This document shows, one piece after another, positions 11,274 to 25,640 of a stretch of DNA of 64,000 nt. Where the stretch lies: assembly GCA_964016885.1 (NCBI GenBank), contig OZ024744.1:33480001-33544000 (forward strand), in the 5' to 3' direction. The DNA comes from Eledone cirrhosa. Its lineage: Eukaryota. How positions within the stretch are numbered: the stretch's first letter is position 1; every line of letters begins with the position of its first letter. The translations under genes and the position numbers were made by a program. The notes beneath the pieces were generated by a model. It saw nothing but the letters and a program-made list of their open reading frames with translations. It did no database searches and was not told the DNA's origin.

Positions 11274-14200
11274 AAGGCGTGTGGCTTTGTGGGTATGTTA
11301 TTCAACTTACGATCGTAAGGTCATGAGTTTGATTGCTGGCAATGAGCTGTGTCCTTGAACAAGACACTTTACATCACGTTGCTCCAATCCAGTGTCCTTG
11401 AGCAAGGCGCTTTATTTCACATTGCTCCAGTCCACTGTGTCCTTGAGCAAGACACTTTATTTCACATTGCTCCAGGCCACTGTGTCCTTGAGCAAGATAC
11501 TTTATTTCATGTTGCTCCAGTCTACTGTGTCAAGATTTCACATTGCTCCAGTCCATTGAGTCCTTGAGCAAGACACTTTATTTCACATTGCTCCAGTCCA
11601 CTGTGTCCTTGAACAAGACACTTTATTTCATGTTGCTCCAGTCCACTGTGTCCTTGAGCAAGACACTTTATTTCACATTGCTCCAGTCCATTGTGTCCTT
11701 GAGCAAGACACTTTATTTCACATTGCTCCAGTCCATTGTGTCCTTGAGCAAGACACTTTATTTCAAGTTGCTCCAGTCCACTGTGTCCTTGAGCAAGACA
11801 CTTTATTTCATGTTGTTCCAGTCTACTGTGTCAAGATTTCACATTGCTCCAGTCCACAGTGTACTTGGGCAAGATTTCACATTGCTCCAGTCCACTGTGT
11901 CTTTGAGCAAGACACTTTATTTCATGTTGCTCCAGTCCACTGTGTCTTTGGACAAGACACTTTATTTCATGTTGCTCCAGTCCACTGTGTCCTTGAGCAA
12001 GACACTTTATTTCATGTTGCTCCAGTCCAATGTGTGCTTGAGCAAGACACTTTATTTCACGTTGCTCCAGTCCACTGTGTCCTTGAACAAGACACTTTAT
12101 TTCATGTTACTCCAGTCCACTGGATCCTTGAACAAGACACTTCATTTCATGTTGCCCCAGTCCACTGTGTCCTTGAACAAGTCACTTTATTTCATGTTAC
12201 TCCAGTCCACTGTGTCCTTGAGCAAGACACTTTATTTCATGTTGCTCCAGTCCACTGTGTCGTTGAACAAGACACTTTAATTTCATGTTGCTCCAGTCCA
12301 CTGTGTCCTTGAGCAAGACACTTTATTTCATGTTGCTCCAGTCCACTATGTCCTTGAGCAAGACACTTTATTTCATGTTGCTCCAGTCCATTGTGTCCTT
12401 GAGCAAGACACTTTATTTCACGTTGCTCCAATCTACTGTGTCCTTGAACAAGGCACTTTATATCATGTTGCTCCAGTCCACTATGTCCTTCAACAAGACA
12501 CTTTATTACATGTTGCTCCAGTCCACTGTGTCCTTGAACAAGACACTTTATTAGATGTTGCTCCAGTCCACTGTGTCCTTGAGGAAGACACTTTATTACA
12601 TGTTGCTCCAGTCCATTGTGTCCTTGAGCAAGACACTTTATTTCATGTTGCTCCAGTCCACTATGTCCTTGAGCAAGACACTTTATTTCATGTTGCTCCA
12701 GTCCACTGTGTCCTTGAGCAAGACACTTTATTTCACGTTGCTCCAGTCCACTGTGTCCTTGAGCAGGACACTTTATTTCACGTTGCTCCAGTCCACTGTG
12801 TCCTTGAACAAGACACTTTATTTCATGTTGCTCCAGTCCACTGTGTCCTTGAATGAGACACTTTATTTCACATTGCTCCAGTCCACAGTGTAATTGGGTA
12901 AGATTTCACATTGCTCCAGTCAACTGTCCTTGAACAAGACACTTTATTTCATGTTGCTCCAGTTCACTGTGTCCTTGAGCAAGACCCTTTATTTCATGTT
13001 GCTCCAGTCCACTGTGTCCTTGAACAAGACACTTTATTTCACATTGCCCCAGTCCACTGTGTCCTTGAGGAAGACACTTTATTTCACATTGCTCCAGTCC
13101 ACTGTGTCCTTGAACAAGGCACTTTATATCATGTTGCTCCAGTCCATTGTGTCCTTGAACAAGACACTTTATTACATGTTGCTCCAGTCCACTTTGTCCT
13201 TGAACAAGACACTTTATTTCATTTTGCTCCAGTCCACTGTGTCCTTGAGCAAGACACTTTATTTCACATTGCCCCAGTCCACTGTATCCTTGAACAAGAC
13301 ACTTTATTTCATGTTGCTCCAGTCCACTGTGTCCTTGAGCAAGACCCTTTATTTCACATTGCCCCAGTCCACTGTATCCTTGAACAAGACACTTTATTTC
13401 ATGTTGCTCCAGTCCACTGTGTCCTTGAGCAAGACCCTTTATTTCATATTGCTCCAGTCTACTGTGTCCTTGAGCAAGACCCTTTATTTCATGTTGCTCC
13501 AGTCTACTGTGTCCTTGAGCAAGACACTTTATCTCATGTTGCTCCAGTCCACTGTGTCCTTGAGCAAGACACTTTATTTCATGTTGCTCCAGTCTACTGT
13601 GTCCTTGAACAAGACACTTTATTTCACATTGTTCCAGTCTACTGTGTCCTTGAGCAAGATACTTTATTTCATTTTGCTCCAGTCCACTGTGTCCTTGAGG
13701 AAGACACTTTATTTCATGTTGCTCCAGTCCACTGTGTCCTTGAAAAAGACACTTTATTTCATGTTGCTCCAGTCCACTGTGTCCTTCAGCAAGACACTTT
13801 ATTTCATGCTGCTCCAGTCCACTGTCCTTGAACAAGACACTTTATTTCATGCTGCTCCAGTCCACTGTCCTTGAACAAGACACTTTATTTAATGTTGCTC
13901 CAGTCCACTGTGTCCTTGATGAAGACACTTTATTTCACATTGCTCCAGTCCACTGTGTCTTTCAACAAGACACTTTATATTACATTGCTCCAGTCCACTG
14001 TGTTCTTGAACAAGTCACTTTATTTCATGTTGCTCCAGTCCACTGTCCTTGAACAAGACACTTTATTTCATTTTGCTCCAATCTACTGTGTCAAGATTTC
14101 ACATTGCTCCAGTCCATTGAGTCCTTGAGTAAGACACTTTATTTCACATTGCTCCAGTCCACTGTATCTTTGAACAAGACATTTTATTTCAAATTGCTCC

Positions 14201-17200
14201 AGTCCACTGTGTCCTTGAGCAAGACACTTTATTTCATGTTGCTCCAGTCCACTGTGTCCTTGAGCAAGACACTTTATTTCATGTTGCTGCAGTCTACTGT
14301 GTCCTTGAATGAGACACTTTATTTCACATTGCTCCAGTCCACAGTGTAATTGGGTAAGATTTCACATTGCTCCAGTCAACTGTCCTTGAACAAGACACTT
14401 TATTTCATGTTGCTCCAGTTCACTGTGTCCTTGAGCAAGACCCTTTATTTCATGTTGCTCCAGTTCACTGTGTCCTTGAACAAGACACTTTATTTCACAT
14501 TGCCCCAGTCCACTGTGTCCTTGAGGAAGACACTTTATTTCATGTTGCTCCAGTCCACTGTGTCCTTGAACAAGGCACTTTATATCATGTTGCTCCAGTC
14601 CATTGTGTCCTTCAACAAGACACTTTATTACATGTTGCTCCAGTCCACTGTGTCCTTGAACAAGACACTTTATTTCATTTTGCTCCAGTCCACTGTGTCC
14701 TTGAGCAAGACACTTTATTTCACATTGCCCCAGTCCACTGTATCCTTGAACAAGACACTTTATTTCATGTTGCTCCAGTCCACTGTGTCCTTGAGCAAGA
14801 CCCTTTATTTCACATTGCCCCAGTCCACTGTATCCTTGAACAAGACACTTTATTTCATGTTGCTCCAGTCCACTGTGTCCTTGAGCAAGACCCTTTATTT
14901 CATATTGCTCCAGTCTACTGTGTCCTTGAGCAAGACCCTTTATTTCATGTTGCTCCAGTCTACTGTGTCCTTGAGCAAGACACTTTATCTCATGTTGCTC
15001 CAGTCCACTGTGTCCTTGAGCAAGACACTTTATTTCATGTTGCTCCAGTCTACTGTGTCCTTGAACAAGACACTTTATTTCACATTGTTCCAGTCTACTG
15101 TGTCCTTGAGCAAGATACTTTATTTCATTTTGCTCCAGTCCACTGTGTCCTTGAGGAAGACACTTTATTTCATGTTCCTCCAGTCCACTGTGTCCTTGAA
15201 AAAGACACTTTATTTCATGTTGCTCCAGTCCACTGTGTCCTTCAGCAAGACACTTTATTTCATGCTGCTCCAGTCCACTGTCCTTGAACAAGACACTTTA
15301 TTTCATGCTGCTCCAGTCCACTGTCCTTGAACAAGACACTTTATTTAATGTTGCTCCAGTCCACTGTGTCCTTGATGAAGACACTTTATTTCACATTGCT
15401 CCAGTCCACTGTGTCTTTCAACAAGACACTTTATATTACATTGCTCCAGTCCACTGTGTTCTTGAACAAGTCACTTTATTTCATGTTGCTCCAGTCCACT
15501 GTCCTTGAACAAGACACTTTATTTCATTTTGCTCCAATCTACTGTGTCAAGATTTCACATTGCTCCAGTCCATTGAGTCCTTGAGTAAGACACTTTATTT
15601 CACATTGCTCCAGTCCACTGTATCTTTGAACAAGACATTTTATTTCAAATTGCTCCAGTCCACTGTGTCCTTGAGCAAGACACTTTATTTCATGTTGCTC
15701 CAGTCCACTGTGTCCTTGAGCAAGACACTTTATTTCATGTTGCTGCAGTCTACTATGTCAAGATTTCACATTGCTCAAGTCCACAGTGTACTTGGGCAAG
15801 ATTTCACATTGCTCCAGTCCACTGTGTCCTTGAGCAAGACCCTTTATTTCACATTGCCCGAGTCCACTGTATCCTTCAACAAGACACTTTATTTCATGTT
15901 GCTCCAGTCCACTGGGTCCTTCAGCAAGACCCATTATTTAACATGCCCCAGTCCACTGTATCCTTGAACAAGACACTTTATTTCATGTTGCTCCAGTCCA
16001 CTGTGTCCTTGAGCAAGACCCTTTATTTCACATGCCCCAGTCCACTGTATCCTTGAACAAGACACTTTATTTCATGTTGCTCCAGTCCACTGTGTCCCTA
16101 AGCAAGACATTTTATTTCATGTTGCTCCAGTCCACTGTGTCCTTGAGCAAGACACTTTATTTCATGTTGCTCCAGTCCACTGTGTCCTTGAACAAGACAC
16201 TTTATTTCATGTTGCTCCAGTCCACTGTGTCCTTCAGCAAGACACTTTATTTCATGCTGCTCCAGTCCACTGTCCTTGAACAAGACACTTTATTTCATGT
16301 TGCTCCAGTCCACTGTGTCCTTGAGCAAGACACTTTATTTCACATTGCTCCAGTCTACTGTGTCCTTGAACAAGACACTTTATTTCATGTTGCTCCAGTC
16401 CACTGTGTCCTTGAACAAGACACTTTATTTCATGTTGCTCCAGTCCACTGTGTCCTTGAACAAGACACTTTATTTCATGTTGCTCCAGTCCACTGTGTCC
16501 TTCAGCAAGACACTTTATTTCACATTGCTCCAGTCTACTGTGTCCTTGAACAAGACACTTTATTTCATGTTGCTCCAGTCCACTGTGTCCTTCAGCAAGA
16601 CACTTTATTTCATGCTGTTCCAGTCCACTGTCCTTGAGCAAGACCCTTTATTTCACATTGCCCCAGTCCACTGTGTCCTTGAACAAGACACTTTATTTCA
16701 TGTTGCTCTAGTCCCCTGTGTCCTTGAGCAAGACACTTTATTTCACATTGGTCCAATCTACTGTGTCATTGAGCAAGACCCTTTATTTCATGTTGCTCCA
16801 GTCTACTGTGTCCTTGAGCAAGACCCTTTATTTCATGTTGCTCCAGTCTACTGTGTCCTTGAGCAAGACACTTTATCTCATGTTGCTCCAGTCCACTGTG
16901 TCCTTGAGAAAGATACATTATTTCATGTTGCTCCAGTCTACTGTGTCTTTGAGCAAGACACTTTATTTCATGTTGCTCCATTCCACTGTGTCCTTGAGCA
17001 ACACCCTTTATTACATGTTGCTCCAGTCCACTGTGTCCTTCAACAAGACACTTTATTTCACATTGCCCCAGTCCACTGTGTCCTTAGAGCAAGACCCTTT
17101 ATTTCATGTTGCTCCATTCCACTGTGTCCTTGAGCAAGACCCTTTATTACATGTTGCTCCAGTCCACTGTGTCTTTGAGCAAAACACTTTATTTCATGTT

Positions 17201-18868
17201 GCTCCAGTCTACTGTGTCCTTGAGCAAGACCCTTTATTACATGTTGCTCCAGTCCACTGTGTCTTTGAGCAAGACACTTTATTTCAAGTTGCTCCAGTCC
17301 ACTGTGTCCTTGAGCAAGATACTTTATTTCATGTTGCTCCAGTCCACTGTGTCCTTGAACAAGACACTTTATTTCACATTGCTCCAGTCTACTGTGTCTT
17401 TGAGCAAGACCCTTTATTACATGTTGCTCAAGTCCACTGTGTCCTTGAACAAGACACTTTATTTCATGTTGCTCCACTCGACTGTGTCCTTGAGGAACAC
17501 ACTTTATTTCACATTGCCCCAGTCCACTGTGTCTTTGAACAAGACACTTTATATTACATTGCTCCAGTCCACTGTGTCTTTGAGCAAGACACTTTATTTC
17601 ATGTTGCTCCAGTCCACTGTGTCATTGAGCAAGATACTTTATTTCATGTTGCTCCAGTCCACTGTGTCCTTGAACAAGACACTTTGTTTCACATTGCTCC
17701 AGTCTACTGTGTCTTTGAGCAAGACCCTTTATTACATGTTGCTCCAGTCCACTGTGTCCTTGAGCAAGATACTTTATTTCATGTTGCTCCAGTCCACTGT
17801 GTCTTTGAGCAAGACACTTTATTTTATGTTGCTCCAGTCCACTGTGTCCTTGAGCAAGACACTTTATTTCATGTTGCTCCAGTCCACTGTGTCCTTGAGC
17901 AGGACACTTTATTTCATGTTGCTCCAGTCTCCTGTGTCTTTGAGCAAGACCCTTTATTACATGTTGCTCCAGTCCACTGTGTCCTTGAGCAAGATACTTT
18001 ATTTCATGTTGCTCCAGTCCACTGTGTCCTTGAGCAAGACACTTTATTTCATGTTGCTCCAGTCCACTGTGTCCTTGAGCAAGACCCTTTATTTCACATT
18101 GCCCCAGTCCACTGTGTCCTTGAACAAGACACTTTATTTCATGTTGCTCCAGTCCACTGTGTCCTTGAGCAAGACCCTTTATTTCACATTGCTCCAGTCC
18201 ACTGTCTCCTTGAACAAGTCACTTTATTTCATGTTGCTCCAGTCCACTGTGTCCTTGAGCAAGACACTTTATTTCATGTTGCTCCTGTCCATTGTGTCCT
18301 TGAGCAAGACACTTTATTTCATGTTGCTCCAGTCCACTGTGTCCTTGAGCAGGACACTTTATTTCATGTTGCTCCAGTCCACTGTGTCCTTGAGCAAGAC
18401 ACTTTATTTCATGATGCTCCAACCACTGTGTCCTTGAACAAGACACTTTATTTCATGTTGCTCCAGTCCACTGTGTCCTTGAGCAAGACACTTTATTTCA
18501 CGTTGCTCCAGTCCACTGTATCCTTGAGCAAGACACTTTATTTCATGTTGCTCCTGTCCACTGTGTCCTCTAGCAAGTCTTTATTTCATGTTTCTCCAGT
18601 CCACTTAGCTGGCAAAAATTTGTTGTACCTGTAGTGTGAATGGCCAGCCCTGTGACATTCTGCGTCACGCTGAATCTCCCTGAGAGCTACGTTAATGGTT
18701 CACGTATCTGTTGAATGATCCAACATTTACACTATACTACAAAATGGAGTGTATCTATAATTTAAATGGCCAGCCTCATCACATTCTTTGTCACGCTGAA
18801 TCTCCCTGAGAACTACGTTGATCGGATCAACTGGAACACTCATCGTCGTAACCGACCGAGTGACTTCC
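11274..18868 (+). mobile_element. CORE-SINE containing the amplified satellite
   Basis: Head at 11274-11347 and tail at 18604-18868 align to the two halves of the monomeric SINE at 44368-44692. Confidence 0.85.
11348..18604 (+). repeat. 45-bp tandem satellite (about 160 units) derived from the SINE CORE domain
   Basis: Unit tgtgtccttgagcaagacactttatttcatgttgctccagtccac. 1456-bp higher-order duplication at about 12842-14297 and 14298-15753. Confidence 0.97.
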
Positions 18869-19305
18869 TTCCCTTTTCCACTATAATGTCAGAGAAAAGT
18901 AAATATAAAAAATAATAAAAATAACAATAAAAATATTCATAATAATAAATATAGGATGGTCATTGCAAGAAATACAGTTGTCTCGCGAAAGTAAAAAATC
19001 GCGAATATTGGACGTAGTCCATAAAATGCCTATAAACGTCAAAACAACGTAAAATATAGACCGGCATTTGCGGTGTATTGTTAATAATTTAGCGTTTAAA
19101 GGTGTGAAAAGTATATATTGCCACGGAAAGAGCCATTTAAAATATCGCGGAAGATATTTAAAATTCCGCGAATATGCGGTGGTTTCCACGAACAATTATT
19201 AGTTAGATTCTAAGGAAAATTCAGCGAATGACTGGGACCGCGAATGTCGGGGGTACACTATTGTTTAATTATAGACCAGTTCGATGACGACAGGCCTGGG
19301 GGCTA

Positions 19306-19752
19306 AACAACATCAGCAATACTAATAACTATTACAACAACAACAACAACAACATCAGCAATAAGGTCAAGAACTATAACAACAACAATAAAACAATTCC
19401 AAAAGTAACAACAGCCGCAATGACGACAACAATAACAGTAATAACAACAATAACAATGACAACAGCAATACAAATAACAACTGTAAAGTACAACAGCAAT
19501 GACGACAACAAAAACAACAATAACAGTAACAGCAACAAAAACAATAACAGGAAAAACCACAACAGTAACAACAACAACAATGTCATCGGCAACAAGAACA
19601 ACTGTAACAGCAGTGATAGCGACAATGAACAACAACAACAACAGCAAAACAGTAATAATAACAATATCAGCAGCAACAACAACAACACGAACACCAACAC
19701 CAACAACAACAGTAATGACAAGAGCAACAACAAAAAATAAAACAATAATATA
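19306..19752. repeat. Degenerate (AAC/AAT)n low-complexity tract
   Basis: Direct inspection. Confidence 0.9.
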
Positions 19753-20538
19753 AACAACTCGACTTTTGAATTAACAAGTGGCTTTCCTCTACATAGTTTC
19801 ATCGATATCTATTTATAAATTTGTGCGACTTCCGTCCGTCCGCCATACAATGTGTGTGTGTACGTGCGTGTGTGTATGTGTGAATTTATGTGTGTGTAAA
19901 AGGAAGAAAGGGGATGGTGAAGAAACTATAGTAAAACCGTGACTGGCGTTACGTTTGCTACGCTGTGTGTGTGTGTGAGTATATGTGTGTGTGTGTTTGT
20001 GTAATTGTATGTGTGTTGGTGTGAATGTATAACTGTTTGTAAGTGTGTCTGTGTTTGCAGATTTATATTTATATATTTATACATATAAAATGTATGCACA
20101 TACACACACGCACGCACATATACACGCGTTTATATTTATATATTTATACATATAAATGTATACATATGCACATACACATACGTGTCAGCGTGTTGAAAAA
20201 ACTTCTAGTAAAATAAACAACACGACTTTTGAATTAACAAGTGGCATTCCTCTACATAGTCGACCGACATGGTAGAAATAGCAGCCAAGTTTCTTTCGAA
20301 ACACTCACTACCTACCATCTTAAATAAAAGAAGGGCTACATTGATCGACAGTTATGTCACGGTTGGAATGTTGTTGATCATGTCTCGTCAATAAGGCTCG
20401 ACCTAGGGCTAAATAATATAACAACAAAATATGTGTATGCATATGCGTGTTGGTTTGTACGTATGTATACATGTATGTATGTGTGCACATGTATGTACGT
20501 GTGTCAGCGTATTTACGTGCGTGCATGTTATATATACA

Positions 20539-20618
<80 letters not shown>

Positions 20619-21028
20619 TACATATATATATTTATATATATACATGGTTTCGGGTTCAATCCCAAAATGCGCACAGAAACACGTCACATACATACACGGG
20701 AGAAAAGGTTTTCTGAGCGAATATATATATATATATATATACATATATATACACACACATACGGTTACGGGCGTTACTCTAGGGTTAAGAAGTTCGTCTC
20801 CTAACTAGGCTGTTCACAATTCGACAACACACCACTTTGAACAACTGCCATACGCTGTATAGACTCGGCGGTGGCCAATACGTACGAATGGAGAGGAATT
20901 TGGTTGAAGAATGGAAATATTTAGTGTCAGGTTCACTCTCTGCTACTACTCAGAGTTTCTTCTCGTGTACTACCAGAGATGTGTGAGTGTCGCTACTGCA
21001 TTCTCTCTCTCTCTATATATATATATAC

Positions 21029-21223
21029 ATGAGTCCCGTGTTCAATCGGGGGTAACCACAGTATGTAAGGTACTCAATACAATATAGAGTGTATAATATT
21101 TAATATAGAAATGGCTTCTACAGGACTAGAACTGTTTCATTCGAAGGGCTTTCCTGATTATTTCCTTCGAATGAAACAGTTCTAGTCATGTAGAAGCCAT
21201 TTCTATATTAAATTTGTTGTATA
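21029..21223. mobile_element. Fold-back element P2
   Basis: About 50-bp inverted arms. Contains CTGATTA tttccttcgaat GAAAC agttcta GTC. Confidence 0.75.
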
Positions 21224-21463
21224 TATGGAGAAAAACAGCACAGAAATATATTTAAAGAATCTTTTCTTCTCTTTTTCTTATTTAATGCGTCAAAGAGGCA
21301 TTATTGAAAAAAGAAGAAAAACAATTTTTAAAAAAGATTTTATAAAATATAACCGGTTTCAATGCAATCAGATCAAATATTAAATATTACAATAAAAGTT
21401 TAAAAATCAAGAATTGAAGAAGATTTGTTCATATTTCGTGTTAAGCGGAAGACTGGGTCTCTT

Positions 21464-21501
<38 letters not shown>

Positions 21502-21599
21502 TACTGAAGTCCGGATTAGGGTGCTCTACCACTACGGATATTACCTTCAAGTGTTCTACCTATATATATATATATATTAGGAACGATCGACTTTCGTCA

Positions 21600-21794
21600 A
21601 ATCGGACCGAGGAAACAATGTTTCCATTGGTCTTTCCAATTGCTAATACTATCTATCGGTCGCAACTCCAGGTAGAAGGAGCAACGTGAAATAAAGTATC
21701 TTGCTCAAGGACATAACGCATCGCCCGGTCCAGGAATCGAACTGACAACCTCACGATTGCGAATCCAATTCTCTAACCAATCAGCCACACGCCT

Positions 21795-21795
<1 letters not shown>
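21600..21795 (-). mobile_element. CORE-SINE 5' half
   Basis: Minus strand tggctgattgg (A box), gttcgattcc (B box), tgtccttgagcaagatact. Confidence 0.8.
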
Positions 21796-21845
<50 letters not shown>

Positions 21846-22352
21846 TGTGGGTATGTAGTAGTGCTGACGTCCTTTCACAGATCATTTTATAAAATCCTTT
21901 TTTTTTTAAATTGTTCTTTTGTTTTCAATAACAAATTGACGGATTAAAGAAGAAAAAAAGATTCTTTAAATATACTTCCGTGCTGATTCCATTCTTACTC
22001 TTTTCTATAACCTGTTTTCTATAGAATCTTACTCACTTTTAGAATGTGTGTGTGTGTGTGTGGGGGGGGGGGGGTGATTGAGCATAAACAAAAAACAACA
22101 ACAACAAAACAAATCAGTTGTAGGTAGTTAGTTCATTTACAATCGTTTCAGAGGGTCGATTGATCGATGAAGATCGATGTATCGACTAATATGGAAGTGG
22201 CTAGTTAAGCTACTACATATTTCTTGTATCGAAATCCCTGTTAAATCGGCCGTTTTCTACACCTACCACAAAACTAATGGTCACACAGTCAAATCTCGCT
22301 GCATACATCCTACCAAGGACACGTTCAGTTCTACCAGCTTTATCAGCCCCAC

Positions 22353-22750
<398 letters not shown>

Positions 22751-23116
22751 CACATATATATATATATATATATATAATACACATATATATATATACATAA
22801 TGAAGGCAGTTTTCTGGAATCTCATATCATTTTATTAACTACGTCATTAATAAAATATATATATATAGTACAGTCGTATTCGTTTTTATACAAAAAACTC
22901 CGTCGTACATAAACCTAGAAACTATAGTACACTGGCAGCTAAAACCTCTCTACACAGTTATTAAACGATCGACAATAGGGAAACAATTACCAATGGATTA
23001 ACGAACACCAACGATTCCACAGTCGGACCCGATCGATTCAGATCGAACCTTCAGCTGATCAATCGTGAAACGCATCACATCTCAATAAAGTGTCATGAAA
23101 ATTTGACACCTCGTCC

Positions 23117-23231
23117 ATCAAATCCCGCCGAGGTTAACTTTGCCTTTCATCCTTACGGGGTCGATAAAATAAAGTACCAGTAATACACTAGGAGAATTGC
23201 TGGCCTTGTGCCAAAAGTAGAAACAATTATT
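23117..23231 (+). mobile_element. SINE S1, 5'-truncated
   Basis: caaatcccgccgagg..agaaacaattatt. Confidence 0.85.
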
Positions 23232-23279
23232 AATTTTATATATATATATGTGTGTGTCTGTATACAGATTTATATATAC

Positions 23280-23408
<129 letters not shown>

Positions 23409-23530
23409 TGTGTAAAATCCCGACCGCGGCGCCAAGCGGTTTCAGGTTGTCTGTCAGTCTGTTTGTCTATCTATCAACACACACATACATATATACATAC
23501 AAACTCACACGCATATATACAAATACACAA

Positions 23531-23627
<97 letters not shown>

Positions 23628-24063
23628 CATATCATGTATGGATATATATATACATATATATATATGTGTGTGTGTATAATATGTTAAATTTACCTTCCTC
23701 GTAGAGTGATCCTTTTTCTCGCTGGTCGCTTTTGATACAATATTATCCCCCATGGTAGAATCTCTTTGAATATGGTTAACCATTGATAGACAAATTAGCG
23801 ATCGATAGATTCGATCTTTTGAGATCGATCGATCACAAAACGTTTGTTTGCTTCCTTCTTGTTGTTTTTTTATTTCTTTTTATTTCTCTTTCACGTTTTA
23901 TTTTTCTTGCTTATTTCTTCCTCTGTGTTTTGTCTTCCTCTCTCACTCTCACACTCTGTCTAAATGTGTATGTAGCATTCGTATTGTTGTTGTTGCTCGT
24001 TTCCACACACATATATATATATATATGTGTGTACATGTGAGTGGAGGTGCGTCGCCTTGTGGT

Positions 24064-24720
24064 GAGGGTGTTGGACTTGTGGTAAAGGTGTTGGTCTTAC
24101 GATCATTATGTCATGAGTTTGATTCATCGACTGGGTGGTGTGTTGTGTTCTTGAGCAAAACACTTCATTTCACGTTGCTCCAGTTATACTCAGCAAATTT
24201 CAGTGTATGTGTGTTTGTGTGACTATATGTATGATAGTTATATGTGTGTATGTGTGACCGTATGTATGTGATTGTGTATGTGTGACGGTATGTATGTGAT
24301 TGTGTTTGTGTGACTGTGTATGAGTGTTTGTGTGATTGTATGTGTGTGTGTGTGACTGTATGTGTGTTTCTGTGACTATGTGATTGTGTATGTGTGACGG
24401 TATGTATGTGACTGTGTTTGTGTGACGGTATGTGTGTGACTGTGTATGAGTGTTTGTGTGGCTGTATGTGTATTTGTGAGAATGTATGTCTGTGAGTATG
24501 TATTTTTGTAAGTGTGTCTGTTTGCACGTTTATATATACATAGTCATGCATAAAAATATATGCATATGCACATACACACACATATGAGTACCAGCTATAG
24601 CTGGGAGTTTAACACTGCGATGTCCTGTCCAGGGGGAAGTCTTGTACTCTCAGCGCGCTTCACGCCCTGAAACTGGGATAAGGCCGGTCTAACGAGCCTG
24701 GCTTAAGATAGACTTAAGAT
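24064..24720 (+). mobile_element. Old CORE-SINE split by a TG-rich microsatellite
   Basis: Head and CORE at 24064-24197. Probable 3' part ctgcgatgtcctgtccagggg at 24600-24720. Confidence 0.6.
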
Positions 24721-24817
24721 ATATGTGCACACATACACACACACACATATATATATGTGTATGTGTGTACGTCTGTGTGTGTGTGTGTGTGTACGTATGT
24801 ATGTGTGTGTATGTATG

Positions 24818-24849
<32 letters not shown>

Positions 24850-24914
24850 TGTATATATATATATTTATGTATGTGTGTATATATATATATATATGTTTGT
24901 GTATGTGTATGTAA

Positions 24915-24969
<55 letters not shown>

Positions 24970-25334
24970 GTTATTGTTGTTTAATCAACCGTGACTAACA
25001 AGACAATCATTCTATCTGGCCGAGACAATCACGTCTTACTAAGAAGTCTGCTGATAGGTGCTCTGTATAGGCTGTTATTTCTAGCATGTCATCAGACCAC
25101 CTTAAGGGCTCCATCACACCGTTATCACATTGTAGTACAACAGTAGTAGTAGTAGTAGTAGTAGTAGTAGCGGGAGCAGCAGCAGCAGCAGCTACAGACA
25201 AGCTGTGATTTTAGAGGAGTGTCATCCTGGTCTACTATTTCTAGCATGTCGTTAGACCATGTTTAGACACCCTCGTATCGTTATACACCACACCCGTACA
25301 CATAAATACATACGTATACACTTGTCAGACACTT

Positions 25335-25640
25335 TTTTCTTCTTCTTCTTCTTCTTCTTCTATTTTTCTTCTTCTTCTTTTTCTTCTTCTTCTTCTTCTA
25401 TTTTTCTTCTTCTTCTTCTTCTTCTTCTTCTTCTTCTTCTTCTTCTTCTACTCCCACTTATTCCTGAGAGGGTCGTGGGGGCAGAGCCCTTAAACACTCC
25501 TTCCAGCAAGTCCTGCCAGTGACACCTTTCTCCAACTGATCCGGTTGGATACCCAAGCGTGACCAGCCAAGCTCATGGATGTTATCCAACCATCTTGCTC
25601 GGGGTGTGTCTACCCGTGGCCCTCCTGCTAACTGTCCAGG
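25335..25640 (-). mobile_element. RTE-like 3' end with expanded (GAA)n tail
   Basis: Homologous to 3900-4060, adjacent to (TTC)n on +. Confidence 0.7.

Noticed and set aside
11348-18604. Long ORFs (up to 638 aa) and a CRISPR-like appearance
   Set aside because: The 45-bp unit is a multiple of 3 and stop-free in several frames on both strands. There are no unique spacers or cas genes, and the unit is SINE-derived.
19303-19802. Poly-Asn/Thr/Val/Leu ORFs
   Set aside because: Degenerate AAC repeat, open in most frames.
19752-20260. 46-bp duplicated segment (19752-19797 and 20214-20260)
   Set aside because: A local duplication with no terminal, coding or structural features.
23055-23090. CTGATCA..GAAACGCATC hammerhead-like string
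   Set aside because: The core G8 is substituted and there is no stem II or helix I.
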